Source: Minisyncoccota bacterium (GTDB taxonomy: Bacteria > Patescibacteriota > Minisyncoccia > Phycocordibacterales > UBA9973). From it: a stretch of 64,000 bases of DNA. The translations under genes and the position numbers were made by a program. Position 1 is the first letter of the stretch. Every line of letters begins with the position of its first letter. This document shows positions 48,208 through 59,100 of this stretch, one piece after another. The notes beneath the pieces were generated by a model. It did no database searches. It had not been told where the DNA came from and worked only from the letters and a program-made list of their open reading frames with translations. The DNA is taken from positions 279,266-343,265 of the forward strand of contig JBBAAI010000001.1 in the NCBI GenBank assembly GCA_041658325.1. Direction: 5' to 3'.

Positions 48208-49782
48208 ATGAAAAAAAACGACATAGAGAAAGTGATACTAATAGTTTTGGACGGTTTTGGTTTAGCTCCTAGGGGTCCAGGAAATCCTGTAACGGCAAAA
48301 AACATGCCCTTTTTTGATAGTTTAATTTCGACCTATAAATCTTATAGCTTGGTTGCGGCAGGACTCGTGGTAGGGCTTGAGTGGGGGACTTATGGCAATA
48401 GTGAAGTCGGACACGGGGCCCTTGGTACAGGAAGGGTGGTGGTGCAGAGCTTAGCTAGAATTAACTCTGAAATAAAAGATAGAAAATTTTTCAAAAATGA
48501 AGCTTTTTTAAAAATATTAGAGCATGCAAAAACGAATCATTCTAAAATTCACCTTATTGGTTGTGTGAGTCCTGGTGGGCTACATTCGCACGAAGGTCAT
48601 CTTGTCGGACTTTTGAATTTTTTTGCGGAAAATGATTTTTCTTCAGTCTATGTTCACATGATAACCGACGGAGAAGATAGTGTTCCTGAAGAAGGAATAA
48701 AAAGTCTGGAGAGAATAAACGAAGCACTTGTAAAAGCAAAAGCAAAAATTGTTTCTATCGGTGGTCGCGATTATACAATGGATCGTGTAAAAAACTGGCT
48801 TTTAATCAAAAAAGCTTGGGATGTCATGGTGCACGCGAATGGAGAAAAATATAAAATCCCATCAGATTATTTAAAAAAATCCTACAAAGAGGGGATATTT
48901 GATCCTGATATTGTTCCAGCTTCTTTAGTAGACGATAAGGGACAAAGTATTAAAATAGAAGATGGTGATGGAATTATTTTTTTTAATTTTAGGAATGATC
49001 GAATGAAACAAATAGTAGCACCTTTTGTTTTTGAAGATTTCAAAGATTTTGAAAGGGGTCATATTTTAAAAAATTTAATGGTTGCTACAATGACCAACTA
49101 CGATGACAGTTTTAAAGTATTGGTCGCTTATCCTCCCGACATTCCTGTAAATACTCTGGGAGAAGTTATAAGTAAAAATAAAATGAAACAGCTTCGTTTT
49201 GCAGAGGGTGAAAAAGAAGCTCACGTTACAAACTTTTTTAATGGAGGGAAGCTCGATCCTTATTCCGGAGAAGAAAGAATAATCGCTCGTTCTCGAGCCC
49301 TCTTAGGAAAAGGATATTTAGAACACCCAGAGATGTCTGCTCAAAAAATAACAGAAAATATTTTAAGTAATATTGATAAGCTGTATAGTTTAATGGTTGT
49401 GAATTTTGCTAATAGTGATATGGTGGCGCATTCGGGAGATATTCCTGCTGTAGAAAAAGCTTTAAGTGTTGTGGATAAATCATTAGAAAAAATAATAAAA
49501 GCAGCTGATTTGTCTAAAATGGCGATTATTATAACAGCTGATCATGGCAACGTAGAAGAGATGGTGGACCCAGCTACCAATACTCCAGATACTCAACATT
49601 CAACAGTGAATGTTCCCATTATATTTATAAATGAAAAATTCAAAGATCCAAGTGATAAAAATTTGGATAATTTGTATCAACAAAACCCAGTAGGATCGCT
49701 TATTGACGTAGCCCCAACAATTTTAGGTATTTTGGGCATTGATAAACCTAAAGAAATGTCTGGGACTAAGATTATAGATTGA
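48208..49782 (+). CDS. gpmI: 2,3-bisphosphoglycerate-independent phosphoglycerate mutase
   Basis: LIVLDGFG, GNSEVGH, FNFRNDR, AHVTNFFNGG and TADHGN. Confidence 0.95.
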   Translation: MKKNDIEKVILIVLDGFGLAPRGPGNPVTAKNMPFFDSLISTYKSYSLVAAGLVVGLEWGTYGNSEVGHGALGTGRVVVQSLARINSEIKDRKFFKNEAFLKILEHAKTNHSKIHLIGCVSPGGLHSHEGHLVGLLNFFAENDFSSVYVHMITDGEDSVPEEGIKSLERINEALVKAKAKIVSIGGRDYTMDRVKNWLLIKKAWDVMVHANGEKYKIPSDYLKKSYKEGIFDPDIVPASLVDDKGQSIKIEDGDGIIFFNFRNDRMKQIVAPFVFEDFKDFERGHILKNLMVATMTNYDDSFKVLVAYPPDIPVNTLGEVISKNKMKQLRFAEGEKEAHVTNFFNGGKLDPYSGEERIIARSRALLGKGYLEHPEMSAQKITENILSNIDKLYSLMVVNFANSDMVAHSGDIPAVEKALSVVDKSLEKIIKAADLSKMAIIITADHGNVEEMVDPATNTPDTQHSTVNVPIIFINEKFKDPSDKNLDNLYQQNPVGSLIDVAPTILGILGIDKPKEMSGTKIID

Positions 49783-49881
49783 ATAATTTAATATAAAGCT
49801 TGTGGAAATCGTGCGGGGGGGGGGTATAATTAGCTCGTCGAGATTTTATAAATTATAGTATAACAAAACAAAAAGAAATTC

Positions 49882-51750
49882 ATGAGGAAAATATTTAAAA
49901 GTAAAATTTTAATATTAATAATCTTATTGGGGCTATCAGCTCAAATAGCTTTTGCTTATAGTATTACACCGTTTGGTATTACTGATGCTATTCCCGGGGG
50001 GATAACAATAGACGGAGCCGGGAATATATATACGGCAAACTACAATGGTGCAAATAACGTCTCTAAAATCACTCCAGCCGGTGTTTCAACTATTCTTGGC
50101 ACTACTGGTGCCGAGCCGACCGGCATAATAACAGACGGAGCCGGGAATATATATACGGCAAACTATAGCGCAAATAACGTCTCTAAAATCACTCCAGCCG
50201 GTGTTTCAACTATTCTTGGCACGACTGGTACCAATCCGTATAGTATAACAATAGACGGAGATGGGAATATATATACGGCAAACATTGGTTCAGATAATGT
50301 CACTAAGATCACCCCAGCCGGTGTTTCAACTATTCTTGGCACTACTGGTGCCGGTCCGTATGGTATAACAATAGACGGAGCTGGGAATATATATACTTCA
50401 AACTATAGCGCAAATAACGTCTCTAAAATCACTCCAGCCGGTGTTTCAACTATTCTTGGCACGACTGGTAATGGTCCATGGGGTATAACAATAGACGGAG
50501 CTGGAAATATATATACTTCAAACTATGAAGCAAACAACGTCTCTAAAATCACTCCAGCCGGTGTTTCAACTATTCTTGGCACTACTGGTGCCAATCCGCA
50601 AGATATAACAATAGACGGAGCTGGGAATATATATACTTCAAACTATAGCGCAAATAACGTCTCTAAAATCACTCCAGCCGGTGTTTCAACTATTCTTGGC
50701 ACTACTGGTACCGAGCCGCAAGAGATAACAATAGACGGAGCTGGGAATATATATACGGCAAACAGTGGCTCAAATAATGTTTCTAAAATCACTAATCCGA
50801 CAATCACCGAAGTAACTCCGGTTACAACGCCAATAGTTACTGATAGTCTATTAGACTATACTTTTAATAGCAATAGCGATGGATCAATTTCTGTAGGGGG
50901 CTCTTGTGGTTCAATCACAACAAGCGCAATCGCAGGAGATAATGCTATTACTTTTGATGCGCTTCCTGCTGGCACATATTCTAATTGTACAATAATAGTT
51001 ACCGATAGTTTTGGTCCAAGTAATACGCTTGCAGTTTCTTCTTTTGTTGTTTCTACTACCCCCACCGTCACATCTTCTCCTGCCACAAACATAACTAGAG
51101 TCGGAGCCACCTTAAATGGAGAAATCACTGCTACCGGAGGAGCCGATGCTACCGCCAGAGGTTTCCAATATGGTATGACCAACAGTTATGGCACGACAGT
51201 TACTGAATCAAGTGGTCCCTACAGTACAGGAGTCTTCACCGCTGACCTCTCTAACTTACTCACCTGTGGTCAACCCTACTATTTCCGTGCTTACGCTACC
51301 AACATTGCAGGTACGAGCTATGGAGCAGAAACTACTTTTACCACCACTACTTGTGATACCGGAGGGGGAGGAGGCGGAACAGTAACTCCACCTCCAGTAA
51401 TTCCTCCCGTAACCCCACCCGTTGTTCCTCCTGTCACTCCACCGGTTGTACCACCACCCACAACCATAAACACCATCTGTAATCTTGGAGATAATTTCAG
51501 TGCTACAACTGGTTTGCCTTGTACTTCTTATTATCAAACAAATCCAACATCAAGTTGTCCCATTACTGTTACTTTAAGGTTTGGTTATAGGGGGAATCAA
51601 GTTAAATGTTTACAAATAGGTTTAAATATTTCTGCTGATGGTATTTTTGGATTACAAACCAAAGCGGCTGTTATTAAATTTCAAAAAAGCAAGGGTTTGG
51701 TGCCAGACGGAATATTTGGTCCTAAATCACGAGCTTTGTGGCTAAAATAA
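49882..51750 (+). CDS. secreted NHL/Vgb-like 7-blade propeller protein with a Pro-rich stalk and peptidoglycan-binding domain
   Basis: Signal peptide; seven 40-aa repeats ITIDGAGNIYT..NNVSKITPAGVSTILGTTG; VTPP repeats; DGIFGLQTKAAVIKFQ. Confidence 0.88.
   Translation: MRKIFKSKILILIILLGLSAQIAFAYSITPFGITDAIPGGITIDGAGNIYTANYNGANNVSKITPAGVSTILGTTGAEPTGIITDGAGNIYTANYSANNVSKITPAGVSTILGTTGTNPYSITIDGDGNIYTANIGSDNVTKITPAGVSTILGTTGAGPYGITIDGAGNIYTSNYSANNVSKITPAGVSTILGTTGNGPWGITIDGAGNIYTSNYEANNVSKITPAGVSTILGTTGANPQDITIDGAGNIYTSNYSANNVSKITPAGVSTILGTTGTEPQEITIDGAGNIYTANSGSNNVSKITNPTITEVTPVTTPIVTDSLLDYTFNSNSDGSISVGGSCGSITTSAIAGDNAITFDALPAGTYSNCTIIVTDSFGPSNTLAVSSFVVSTTPTVTSSPATNITRVGATLNGEITATGGADATARGFQYGMTNSYGTTVTESSGPYSTGVFTADLSNLLTCGQPYYFRAYATNIAGTSYGAETTFTTTTCDTGGGGGGTVTPPPVIPPVTPPVVPPVTPPVVPPPTTINTICNLGDNFSATTGLPCTSYYQTNPTSSCPITVTLRFGYRGNQVKCLQIGLNISADGIFGLQTKAAVIKFQKSKGLVPDGIFGPKSRALWLK
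50002..50793 (+). repeat. seven tandem ~120-bp coding repeats
   Basis: Units start at 50002, 50125, 50245, 50365, 50485, 50605 and 50725; the CCAGCCGGTGTTTCAACTATTCTTGGCAC block is invariant in six units. Confidence 0.95.
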
Positions 51751-51814
51751 AAGAGTTTACCCGTTGGGTATTTTTTGACAATCAGTTTTTTAAAAATGTG
51801 ATACAATAAATATA

Positions 51815-51886
51815 TGCATCCCGTTAGAAATCTACGGGATTTGCAGAAAAGTAGATTATTAACTAATTAATTTCTAACGGGATGCA
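51815..51886. repeat. 17-bp perfect inverted repeat (MITE/REP-like) overlapping the hpf start codon
   Basis: TGCATCCCGTTAGAAAT (51815-51831) ... ATTTCTAACGGGATGCA (51870-51886). Confidence 0.8.
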
Positions 51887-52280
51887 AATAAATTTACAAG
51901 GGAAAAATATGGAGTTGACAGAGGCTATTAAGGATTATGCCTTGAAAAGAGTTACTAATTTGGGTAAACTGCTTTCTTCGATTGAAAAAGGAGGAGGTGA
52001 AGTTATGATTAATCTTGAAGTTGGTCAAAGTACGAAGCATCACAAATCAGGCGTTATTTTTCATTCTGATTGCTTAGTTAATATTAATGGGGAAAAGTTT
52101 TATTCAGAAAGCGACAATGAAGATTTATACGCCGCTATTGATGCGGTAAAAGATAGTCTTTTCAACGAAATAGAAAAAAACAAAAATCGTAAACAAACAC
52201 TTTTCAGACGTGGAGCATCAAGTATTAAAAAGATGTTAAAGGGACTTTCAGACCGTAACCCGTTTACTTCAAAATATTAG
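51882..52280 (+). CDS. hpf: ribosome hibernation promoting factor (HPF/RaiA)
   Basis: MQINLQGKNMELTEAIKDY...EDLYAAIDAVKD. Confidence 0.9.
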   Translation: MQINLQGKNMELTEAIKDYALKRVTNLGKLLSSIEKGGGEVMINLEVGQSTKHHKSGVIFHSDCLVNINGEKFYSESDNEDLYAAIDAVKDSLFNEIEKNKNRKQTLFRRGASSIKKMLKGLSDRNPFTSKY

Positions 52281-53091
52281 TTTTTAATAAATCTTCGTAT
52301 TTTATTTCCTTTTTACCTTCTGGTAACACTTTTTTGATTGCAAACTCTCCATCTTCCAATATTGCGTCAGTAATAATAATTCTTTTTCCATCTTTAAAAA
52401 AGAAAGTTCTGGGCCAGTATGCATAGGCGCGAAATTTGTTGTAATTTTTTATAGCGCTGTCGTTTAAATCAATAAGTCCATCCTCTTTTTTGATTTTTTT
52501 ACAAAAAGTTGCTTCGGATTCATCCTGAGCAATTTCTTTAATTTTTCCATTAATAAAATCTGGTAAAGTTTTTGTTAGAAGTTCTCCACCAGTCTTTATT
52601 AAACGAGTCTTTAGCTCTGGTGTTTTTTCATCAGGTAATATTGTTGTTTTTTCTTTAGCAATAACGGGCCCAGAGTCCATTTTGTATGCCATTTTTTGAA
52701 TTGTCACTCCTGTCTCTGTTTCGCCATTTAGAATTACAGATTCTACTGGTGAGGCTCCTCGATATTTTGGAAGTAGAGAATAGTGAACATTAATAGAGCC
52801 TAATTTTGGTATATTTAAGAGATTCTCTGGTATTATTTTCCCGTAGGCAACAACGATAGATAAATCTGCTTGAAAATCTATGTCTAATTTTTCTGGCTGA
52901 ACGTAAGGAATATTGTTTTTTATTGCCCAAATTTTTACTGGCGGGGGAGTAATAAGCATTTTACGTCCTTGTGGTTTGTCAGGCGCAGTCACAATAAGTG
53001 ATGGTAGAAAGCCATTTTTTTTTAAAATCTCCAAAGTTTCATATGCTACATCTGGAGTACCCCAAAATATAAAGTTCAATTTTTCCTTCAT
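52264..53091 (-). CDS. fmt: methionyl-tRNA formyltransferase
   Basis: FWGTPD, PDKPQGR, VVAYGKII and NVHYSLLPKYRGASP. Confidence 0.95.
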   Translation of the reverse strand: MKEKLNFIFWGTPDVAYETLEILKKNGFLPSLIVTAPDKPQGRKMLITPPPVKIWAIKNNIPYVQPEKLDIDFQADLSIVVAYGKIIPENLLNIPKLGSINVHYSLLPKYRGASPVESVILNGETETGVTIQKMAYKMDSGPVIAKEKTTILPDEKTPELKTRLIKTGGELLTKTLPDFINGKIKEIAQDESEATFCKKIKKEDGLIDLNDSAIKNYNKFRAYAYWPRTFFFKDGKRIIITDAILEDGEFAIKKVLPEGKKEIKYEDLLKTNILK

Positions 53092-53092
53092 T

Positions 53093-53632
53093 TTATTTAG
53101 GCAATTCTTCTTTTATTTCTTTTGCGTGGTCAATAAAAAGTATGCCATTTAAATGATCAGTTTCGTGTTGAAAAATTTGTGCCAGAAGTCCAGAAGCACC
53201 TCTAGTAAATTTTTTACCATTTTCATCGTAGGCCGTGATCGTTGCCTTTTTGGATCTAAAAGTCTTGCCATAAAGCCATCTTACAGAAAGACACCCTTCA
53301 GGTAACCAGTCTTTTTCTCTAGATAGTTTAGAAATTTTGGGGTTTATGAAAATTAGATCCTTAATATTTTCTTTGTCTTTTGACACATCGTCAATATTTT
53401 TTTCTCTATCTTTAGTAAAATCTTTTTCAAATATTTTTCCCGATACGACAAAAATTCGTAATGGATATCCAATTTGTGGCGCAGCGATAGCTACGCCATC
53501 ACTCTGGCTTTTTAATGCTTCAGACATTTCTTTCAAGACAGTTTTTATTTTTTTTGTTTTAATATCAGCAATATCCAATTCTGTTGCATTTTGACGCAAA
53601 ACTTTTTCTTTTTGTTGAAGAATTTTCTTCAT
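53093..53632 (-). CDS. def: peptide deformylase
   Basis: GVAIAAPQIG, EGCLS and QHETDHLNG. Confidence 0.97.
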   Translation of the reverse strand: MKKILQQKEKVLRQNATELDIADIKTKKIKTVLKEMSEALKSQSDGVAIAAPQIGYPLRIFVVSGKIFEKDFTKDREKNIDDVSKDKENIKDLIFINPKISKLSREKDWLPEGCLSVRWLYGKTFRSKKATITAYDENGKKFTRGASGLLAQIFQHETDHLNGILFIDHAKEIKEELPK

Positions 53633-53637
53633 TTCTT

Positions 53638-54945
53638 TTATTTAATTTCTTTTAAATATTCCAGAAGTTTGTTTAATTTAACAGTTTCTTGAGATCTATT
53701 AGACATATCTCGCACAATAACAGAATTATCAAGTGCTTCTTTTACTCCAAAGATTATGGCATAGGGAATAGCTAATTTTTCAGCGATGGAGAGTTGAGAT
53801 CCTATGCTATCCTTAGAAAGTGATTGAGTTATGGGAATATGTGCCTTGCGTAATATTTCGATTATATTTAAACTTTTTAGTTTAGCTTCAGATCCTAATT
53901 GAATGAAATAAATTTTTGGTTTCTTTAATATGCGGGGTGAAAGTTTTTTATACCAGGTTGATGCGATTATTCGATCTACGCCAATAGATATTCCTACTGC
54001 TGGGACATCACGCTTGTTTCCTATTTGGCGAGCTAAATAATCATAACGCCCACCACCAGCGAGAGTAAGAGGTAATCCTTCTTCGCTTCCTTTTTGTTCT
54101 ATAATTTCAAAAACAGTACGAGTATAATAAGAAAGTCCACGTACTAAATTTTTGTTTATATTATAGGAGATATTCATTTCTTCTAAATATTCCAATACTT
54201 CTTTGAAATGTTTTTTGCAGGAAGTACAAAGAAAGGAGATTGAATCTGGGGCACCCTCGTTGATTTCTCTCGTTTTTTCTTCTTTTGAATCTAAGATTCG
54301 AAGTGGGTTTGTTTTTAAGCGTTCACGGTCTACTGCTGGTAGACTACTTAGGTGTTTTTTATAATAATTTGTGAGTTCTTTCAAATATACACTCTTGCAC
54401 TCTTTGTCACCTATTGAGTTTATATCTATTGAAAGATTAGAAGCTCCAGCTTCTTCCAATATACTTATACCTGTCTTTATTACTAACGCATCCATAATGC
54501 TTTTATCATTTCCCAAGCAATCTAAATCAAATTGCCAAAATTGTCTGTATCGTCCACGTTGAGGTTTGTCGTGTCTAAAAACTGGACCATATTGATAAAA
54601 CATTACTGGTTGAGGCATTGTTTGCATTCCATGTTCTATATAAGCACGCATAAGTGGGGCAGTGTGTTCAGGCCTGAGGGCTAAATGATCTCCTCCTTTG
54701 GTTTTAAGTGTATACATTTCTTTATCTATAATGTCAGTGCCTTCTCCTATGCTTCCAGTAAAAACTCCTTCATATTCCAACATAGGTGTTTCTATCGGCT
54801 TGAAACCATAATACATTGCTACCTCTTGAGCCTTTTCGAAAAATCCTTGAAAAGAATAATATTCTTCATTTATCAAATCTCGCATTCCTTTTGGTGAAGA
54901 AATATCTGTTATCTTATTTTTATTTGTGTGTGCTGTTTTTTTCAT
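53638..54945 (-). CDS. hisS: histidyl-tRNA synthetase
   Basis: PKGMRD, LRPEHTA, PQRGRYRQFWQ, LVRGLSYY and GGGRYD. Confidence 0.97.
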   Translation of the reverse strand: MKKTAHTNKNKITDISSPKGMRDLINEEYYSFQGFFEKAQEVAMYYGFKPIETPMLEYEGVFTGSIGEGTDIIDKEMYTLKTKGGDHLALRPEHTAPLMRAYIEHGMQTMPQPVMFYQYGPVFRHDKPQRGRYRQFWQFDLDCLGNDKSIMDALVIKTGISILEEAGASNLSIDINSIGDKECKSVYLKELTNYYKKHLSSLPAVDRERLKTNPLRILDSKEEKTREINEGAPDSISFLCTSCKKHFKEVLEYLEEMNISYNINKNLVRGLSYYTRTVFEIIEQKGSEEGLPLTLAGGGRYDYLARQIGNKRDVPAVGISIGVDRIIASTWYKKLSPRILKKPKIYFIQLGSEAKLKSLNIIEILRKAHIPITQSLSKDSIGSQLSIAEKLAIPYAIIFGVKEALDNSVIVRDMSNRSQETVKLNKLLEYLKEIK

Positions 54946-54958
54946 AATTTTACTAGTT

Positions 54959-55510
54959 TTAGTTGTAATTGCCGGGTAATATATCTATTTTATTTATGGG
55001 TAATAATCGCAAAAATGCTTTTCCTGATAGGAGATTTTTCTTTACCGCTCCCCAATATCTTGAATCAGAACTTGCTCCCCTGTTATCACCCAGTACAAAA
55101 TATTCATCACTTTTTAATTCAAGATGGGCATCAATTCCACCAAAATTTTTTATAAAAGGTTGGTCCAATTTAAAGCCGTCTTTATTTTCTTCGTTTGTGA
55201 TAGTTACTTCATTATTTTTTATATCCACTGTTTCATTGGGAAGACCGATAATTCTTTTAATAAAGAATTTCGTTGGGTTGTTCGGATATCGGAAAACAAC
55301 TACGTCGTTTCTTTGTGGACTGCTTAATTTATAAGATAATTTGTCTACGATTAAATAATCTCCGTTTTGAAAAGTCGGTGCCATTGAAAGACCCGAAACG
55401 ATAAATGGTTCAGCGATAAAGAGACGAATAGGTATAACTATAATCAACGCAATTACCGCAAAACGTACAAGTTCCAAAAATGATTGCCATTTATTTTTTA
55501 TTTGTTCCAT
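54959..55510 (-). CDS. lepB: signal peptidase I
   Basis: SMAPT, FIKRIIGLP and GDNRGASSDSRYWG. Confidence 0.95.
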   Translation of the reverse strand: MEQIKNKWQSFLELVRFAVIALIIVIPIRLFIAEPFIVSGLSMAPTFQNGDYLIVDKLSYKLSSPQRNDVVVFRYPNNPTKFFIKRIIGLPNETVDIKNNEVTITNEENKDGFKLDQPFIKNFGGIDAHLELKSDEYFVLGDNRGASSDSRYWGAVKKNLLSGKAFLRLLPINKIDILPGNYN

Positions 55511-55610
55511 TGGTATAGTATAGCAGGTTTAATCCTTGACAGGGTAGTAAAATTAATTGGATAATGATTAATTTTGAATTAAGAATTACAAAGTTTGTTA
55601 TGATAGGAAT

Positions 55611-56138
55611 ATGAAATTAGTAGTTGGTTTAGGTAATCCGGGAAAAGAATATGAAAACACAAGGCACAATACTGGGCGTATTTTGGTTGGCATGATTGAG
55701 AAAAAACTGGAAGAAAAAAAGATCAAGTTTATAACCCCTGATAATTTTATGAATAATTCCGGTAAAGCAGTTGCCCCCCTAGTGAAAAGTAAAAAAGATT
55801 TGAAAGATCTTGTCGTAATTTATGATGATATAGATTTACCGCTCGGAAAAATAAAAATTTCTTTTAATCGATCTTCTGGTGGTCACAACGGATTGGGTTC
55901 TATTATTAAATCATTAAAGTCTGAAGAATTTTTACGTATTAGAGTAGGCATTTCTCCTGCTACTCCGAAAGGTGTAGTGAAAAAACCAAAAGGGGAGAAA
56001 GCTGTATTAAATTTTTTACTTGGCGAATTCAAAAAACCAGAATTAGAAACTCTCAAAAAACTTTCCAAAAAAGTTGCCGAAGCAGTAGAAACCATCTTTG
56101 AGGAAAGCAGAGAAAAAGCAATGAGTTTGTATAATTAA
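55611..56138 (+). CDS. pth: peptidyl-tRNA hydrolase
   Basis: VGLGNPG..Y..TRHN, FMNNSG and SSGGHNGL. Confidence 0.95.
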   Translation: MKLVVGLGNPGKEYENTRHNTGRILVGMIEKKLEEKKIKFITPDNFMNNSGKAVAPLVKSKKDLKDLVVIYDDIDLPLGKIKISFNRSSGGHNGLGSIIKSLKSEEFLRIRVGISPATPKGVVKKPKGEKAVLNFLLGEFKKPELETLKKLSKKVAEAVETIFEESREKAMSLYN

Positions 56139-59100
56139 ATTTCTTTTACTGCTTCAATAATGATACTTTTTTCGCCGTTTCTGTTGGAAACTTTGCCGGA
56201 CAGGGCGATGCATTTTTCGGGAACGAGAATATCAATTGATTCTTTAAAGAGGGAAGGGAAAGCGACGGCCTCGATAGAGTCAGTCAAGTCTGCAATTTTC
56301 AAAAAAGCCATGCGCTCGTTGTTTTTTGTCACTACTTGCCTGGAAGATTCTATAATGCCGGCGATGGTGATTTGCATACCATTACCGAATTCTTCTTTTA
56401 TTTTTTTAATATTTACAGTCCTTTTTTCTAATTTGTCGCGTAGCCTATCAAGCGGATGTCCGGAAATATAAAGTCCCAACAATTCTTTTTCCCAAAGTAA
56501 TTTTTCGGCTTGATTGGCTTCTTTACCAGGTTGCATTTTGAATTCCAGAGCTTTTATCTCGGTTGTTCCACCAAAAAGAGAAACTTGATTTTGGCTTTGT
56601 TTAAAATTCTCTTTATTGTATTCCAGCATTGCTTCAAGATTCGCTAGAAGTATACCTCGGTCATTCCATTCATCCATACATCCGGACTTTATTAATGCAT
56701 CCATCGATTTCTTATTTAAATTTTTATGTTTGATTCTATCCAAAAAGTCCGTGATGGATTTGAATTTTCCGTTTAATTTTCTTTCTGCAATAATCGCATC
56801 AGAAATATCTGTGCCTAAATTTTTAATGGTATAAAAGCCGAAGCGAATTTTTTCACTTTTATTCTCTGTACTTATCACCGTGTCTTTTTCATGAGGTAAA
56901 CAAGTGAATCCCCCAAAGCTTTCATTTATATTCGGGGGCATTACGGGAATTTTCATGTTTTTACATTCTTCAATGATTTCAGAAATTTTTTCTACATCAC
57001 CGGATTCGGCGGTAAGAATTGCCGTCATGTATTCCACTGGATAATGCGCTTTCATATAAGCTGTTTGATAGGCGACTCTACCGTATGAAGCAGCATGAGC
57101 TTTGTTGAAACCATATGCCTGGAACGGCTCGAAAAGTTTCCAAAGTTTCTCAGCAAATTCTGGTGTTTGGCCGTTTTTTATTATCCCTTCTGTAAATTTT
57201 TCTCTCTGGGCTGCCATTTCTTTTGGAATTTTCTTACCGACAGCTTTACGAAATTTGTCCGCTTCTTCCCAGTTATAACCGGCGAGTTCTATCGCAGAGA
57301 AAAGCAAATCATCTTGATAAACAATAAGTCCGTATGATTCACCTAAGAATTTTTTCATTCGTGGATCTAAATATTTTACGAGTTTTGAATTGTGTTTACG
57401 TTTTATATACTCTGGGATTGATTCCATTGGACCTGGACGATAAAGCGCAACCATCGCGTTTATGTCATGGATAGATGTAGGTTTTAGTTCTTTTAAATAC
57501 CTTGTCATGCCCGAGCCGTTTAATTGAAACAATCCTTCTGTTTGGCCATTTGCCAAAAGAGCAAAAGTTTTTTTATCATCAAGTGGAATATGATTTATTT
57601 CTATTTTTATATCATAGAATTTTTTTACTAAACTTATTGCGTCTGCTAAGATTGCTAGATTTCTAATACCCAAGAAATCAAATTTTAAAAGTCCCGCATC
57701 TTCAGCGCTATACATATCATATTGGGTAATTATTTTTCCACCCTTGGGGTCAAGTTGCGTTGGCATATATTCATAGATGGGTTTCGGAGCGATAACCACT
57801 CCAGCCGCGTGCACAGAAATATGGCGGACACAACCCTCTAATTTTTTTGCGAGATCTATTATTTCTTTTGTGTCTTTTTCATTTTTGTATGCGTCTCTTA
57901 ACTCAGGGACTATTTCCATGGCGTGGTCTATGGTCATTGGCATTCCCTGAGAACCCATCGGTATCATTTTTGAAATTCTGTCACCAATGGCATATGGATG
58001 AGCTAGGGCTCTAGCTACATCACGTACTGCTCCTCGTGCCATCATCGTACCGAAAGTTCCTATTTGCGCCACTTTGTCTTCACCATATTTCCTTTTTGCG
58101 TATTCGATCATTTCATCTCGGCGGTTGTCAGCAAAGTCCATATCAATATCGGGAGCTGATGGTCTAAAAGGATTTAAAAATCTTTCGAATGGGAGTTTAT
58201 ATTCAATTGGGTTAACATTTGTAATGCCGAGTAGATAAGTGACGATTGATCCGGCGACAGAGCCTCTAATGGTGGTCAAAATACCATTTGCGGTAGCGTA
58301 ATCTAACAAGTCATCTACAACTAAAAAGTATGGAGAATACCCCTTATCAAAAATAATTTTAAGTTCATATTCAATACGTTCTTTTATTTCCGGAGTTTCT
58401 TTAATTTCTAAATTTTTTAAACCCGCGTAGGTAAGTTCGCGCAATTTTTCGTCATAAGTTTTTCCTTCTTCTATTATAAAATTAGGGAAAACCCAACGGC
58501 CCAACTCTAATTCTAAGTTGCATAAATCAGCTACCATCGCTGTATTAGTTACGGCCTCTGGTGTGTCTTTGAAAAGTTCTTGTGCTTGTTTAGTATCTAT
58601 AAAAGAATAATCATCATCACCAAAGGAAAATTTATTTTCATCTTTTGTGTCAGAGTTCGTTTGTATTGCGAGCAATGTTTCGTGCGCCTTATTGTCACCG
58701 CTACAAGGATAATGGGAATCAACTGTCGCTACAAGTGGAATATTAAATTTATTACCAAGCTTGATTATGCTTTCCCGAACTTCTCTATCTCCGGGAACTG
58801 TCGGATGTTTCATTATTTCTAGAAAATAATTTTCCTTACCAAAAATATCTTGATACTCTTTTATTATTGTTTCACCTTTTTCTTCGTTTTTATTTGCTAA
58901 AGCGCGAGAAAGTTCTCCACCGAGACATCCGGAAAGAGCGATAATGCCTTCTGAATACTCACGTAGAATTTCTTTATCCATTCTGGGTTTGTAATAAAAT
59001 CCTTCAAGGTTAGAAATTGTCACTAGGCGCATCAAGTTTTTATAACCCTGCATATTTTTGGCGAGTAGGGTAAGGTGATATCTTTTATTATCTACGCCCG

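Noticed and set aside
50002-50793. Possible CRISPR array or DGR template/variable repeats
   Set aside because: Units are 120-bp in-frame coding repeats with no unique spacers, no cas or reverse transcriptase gene is in the window, and the differences are not confined to adenines.
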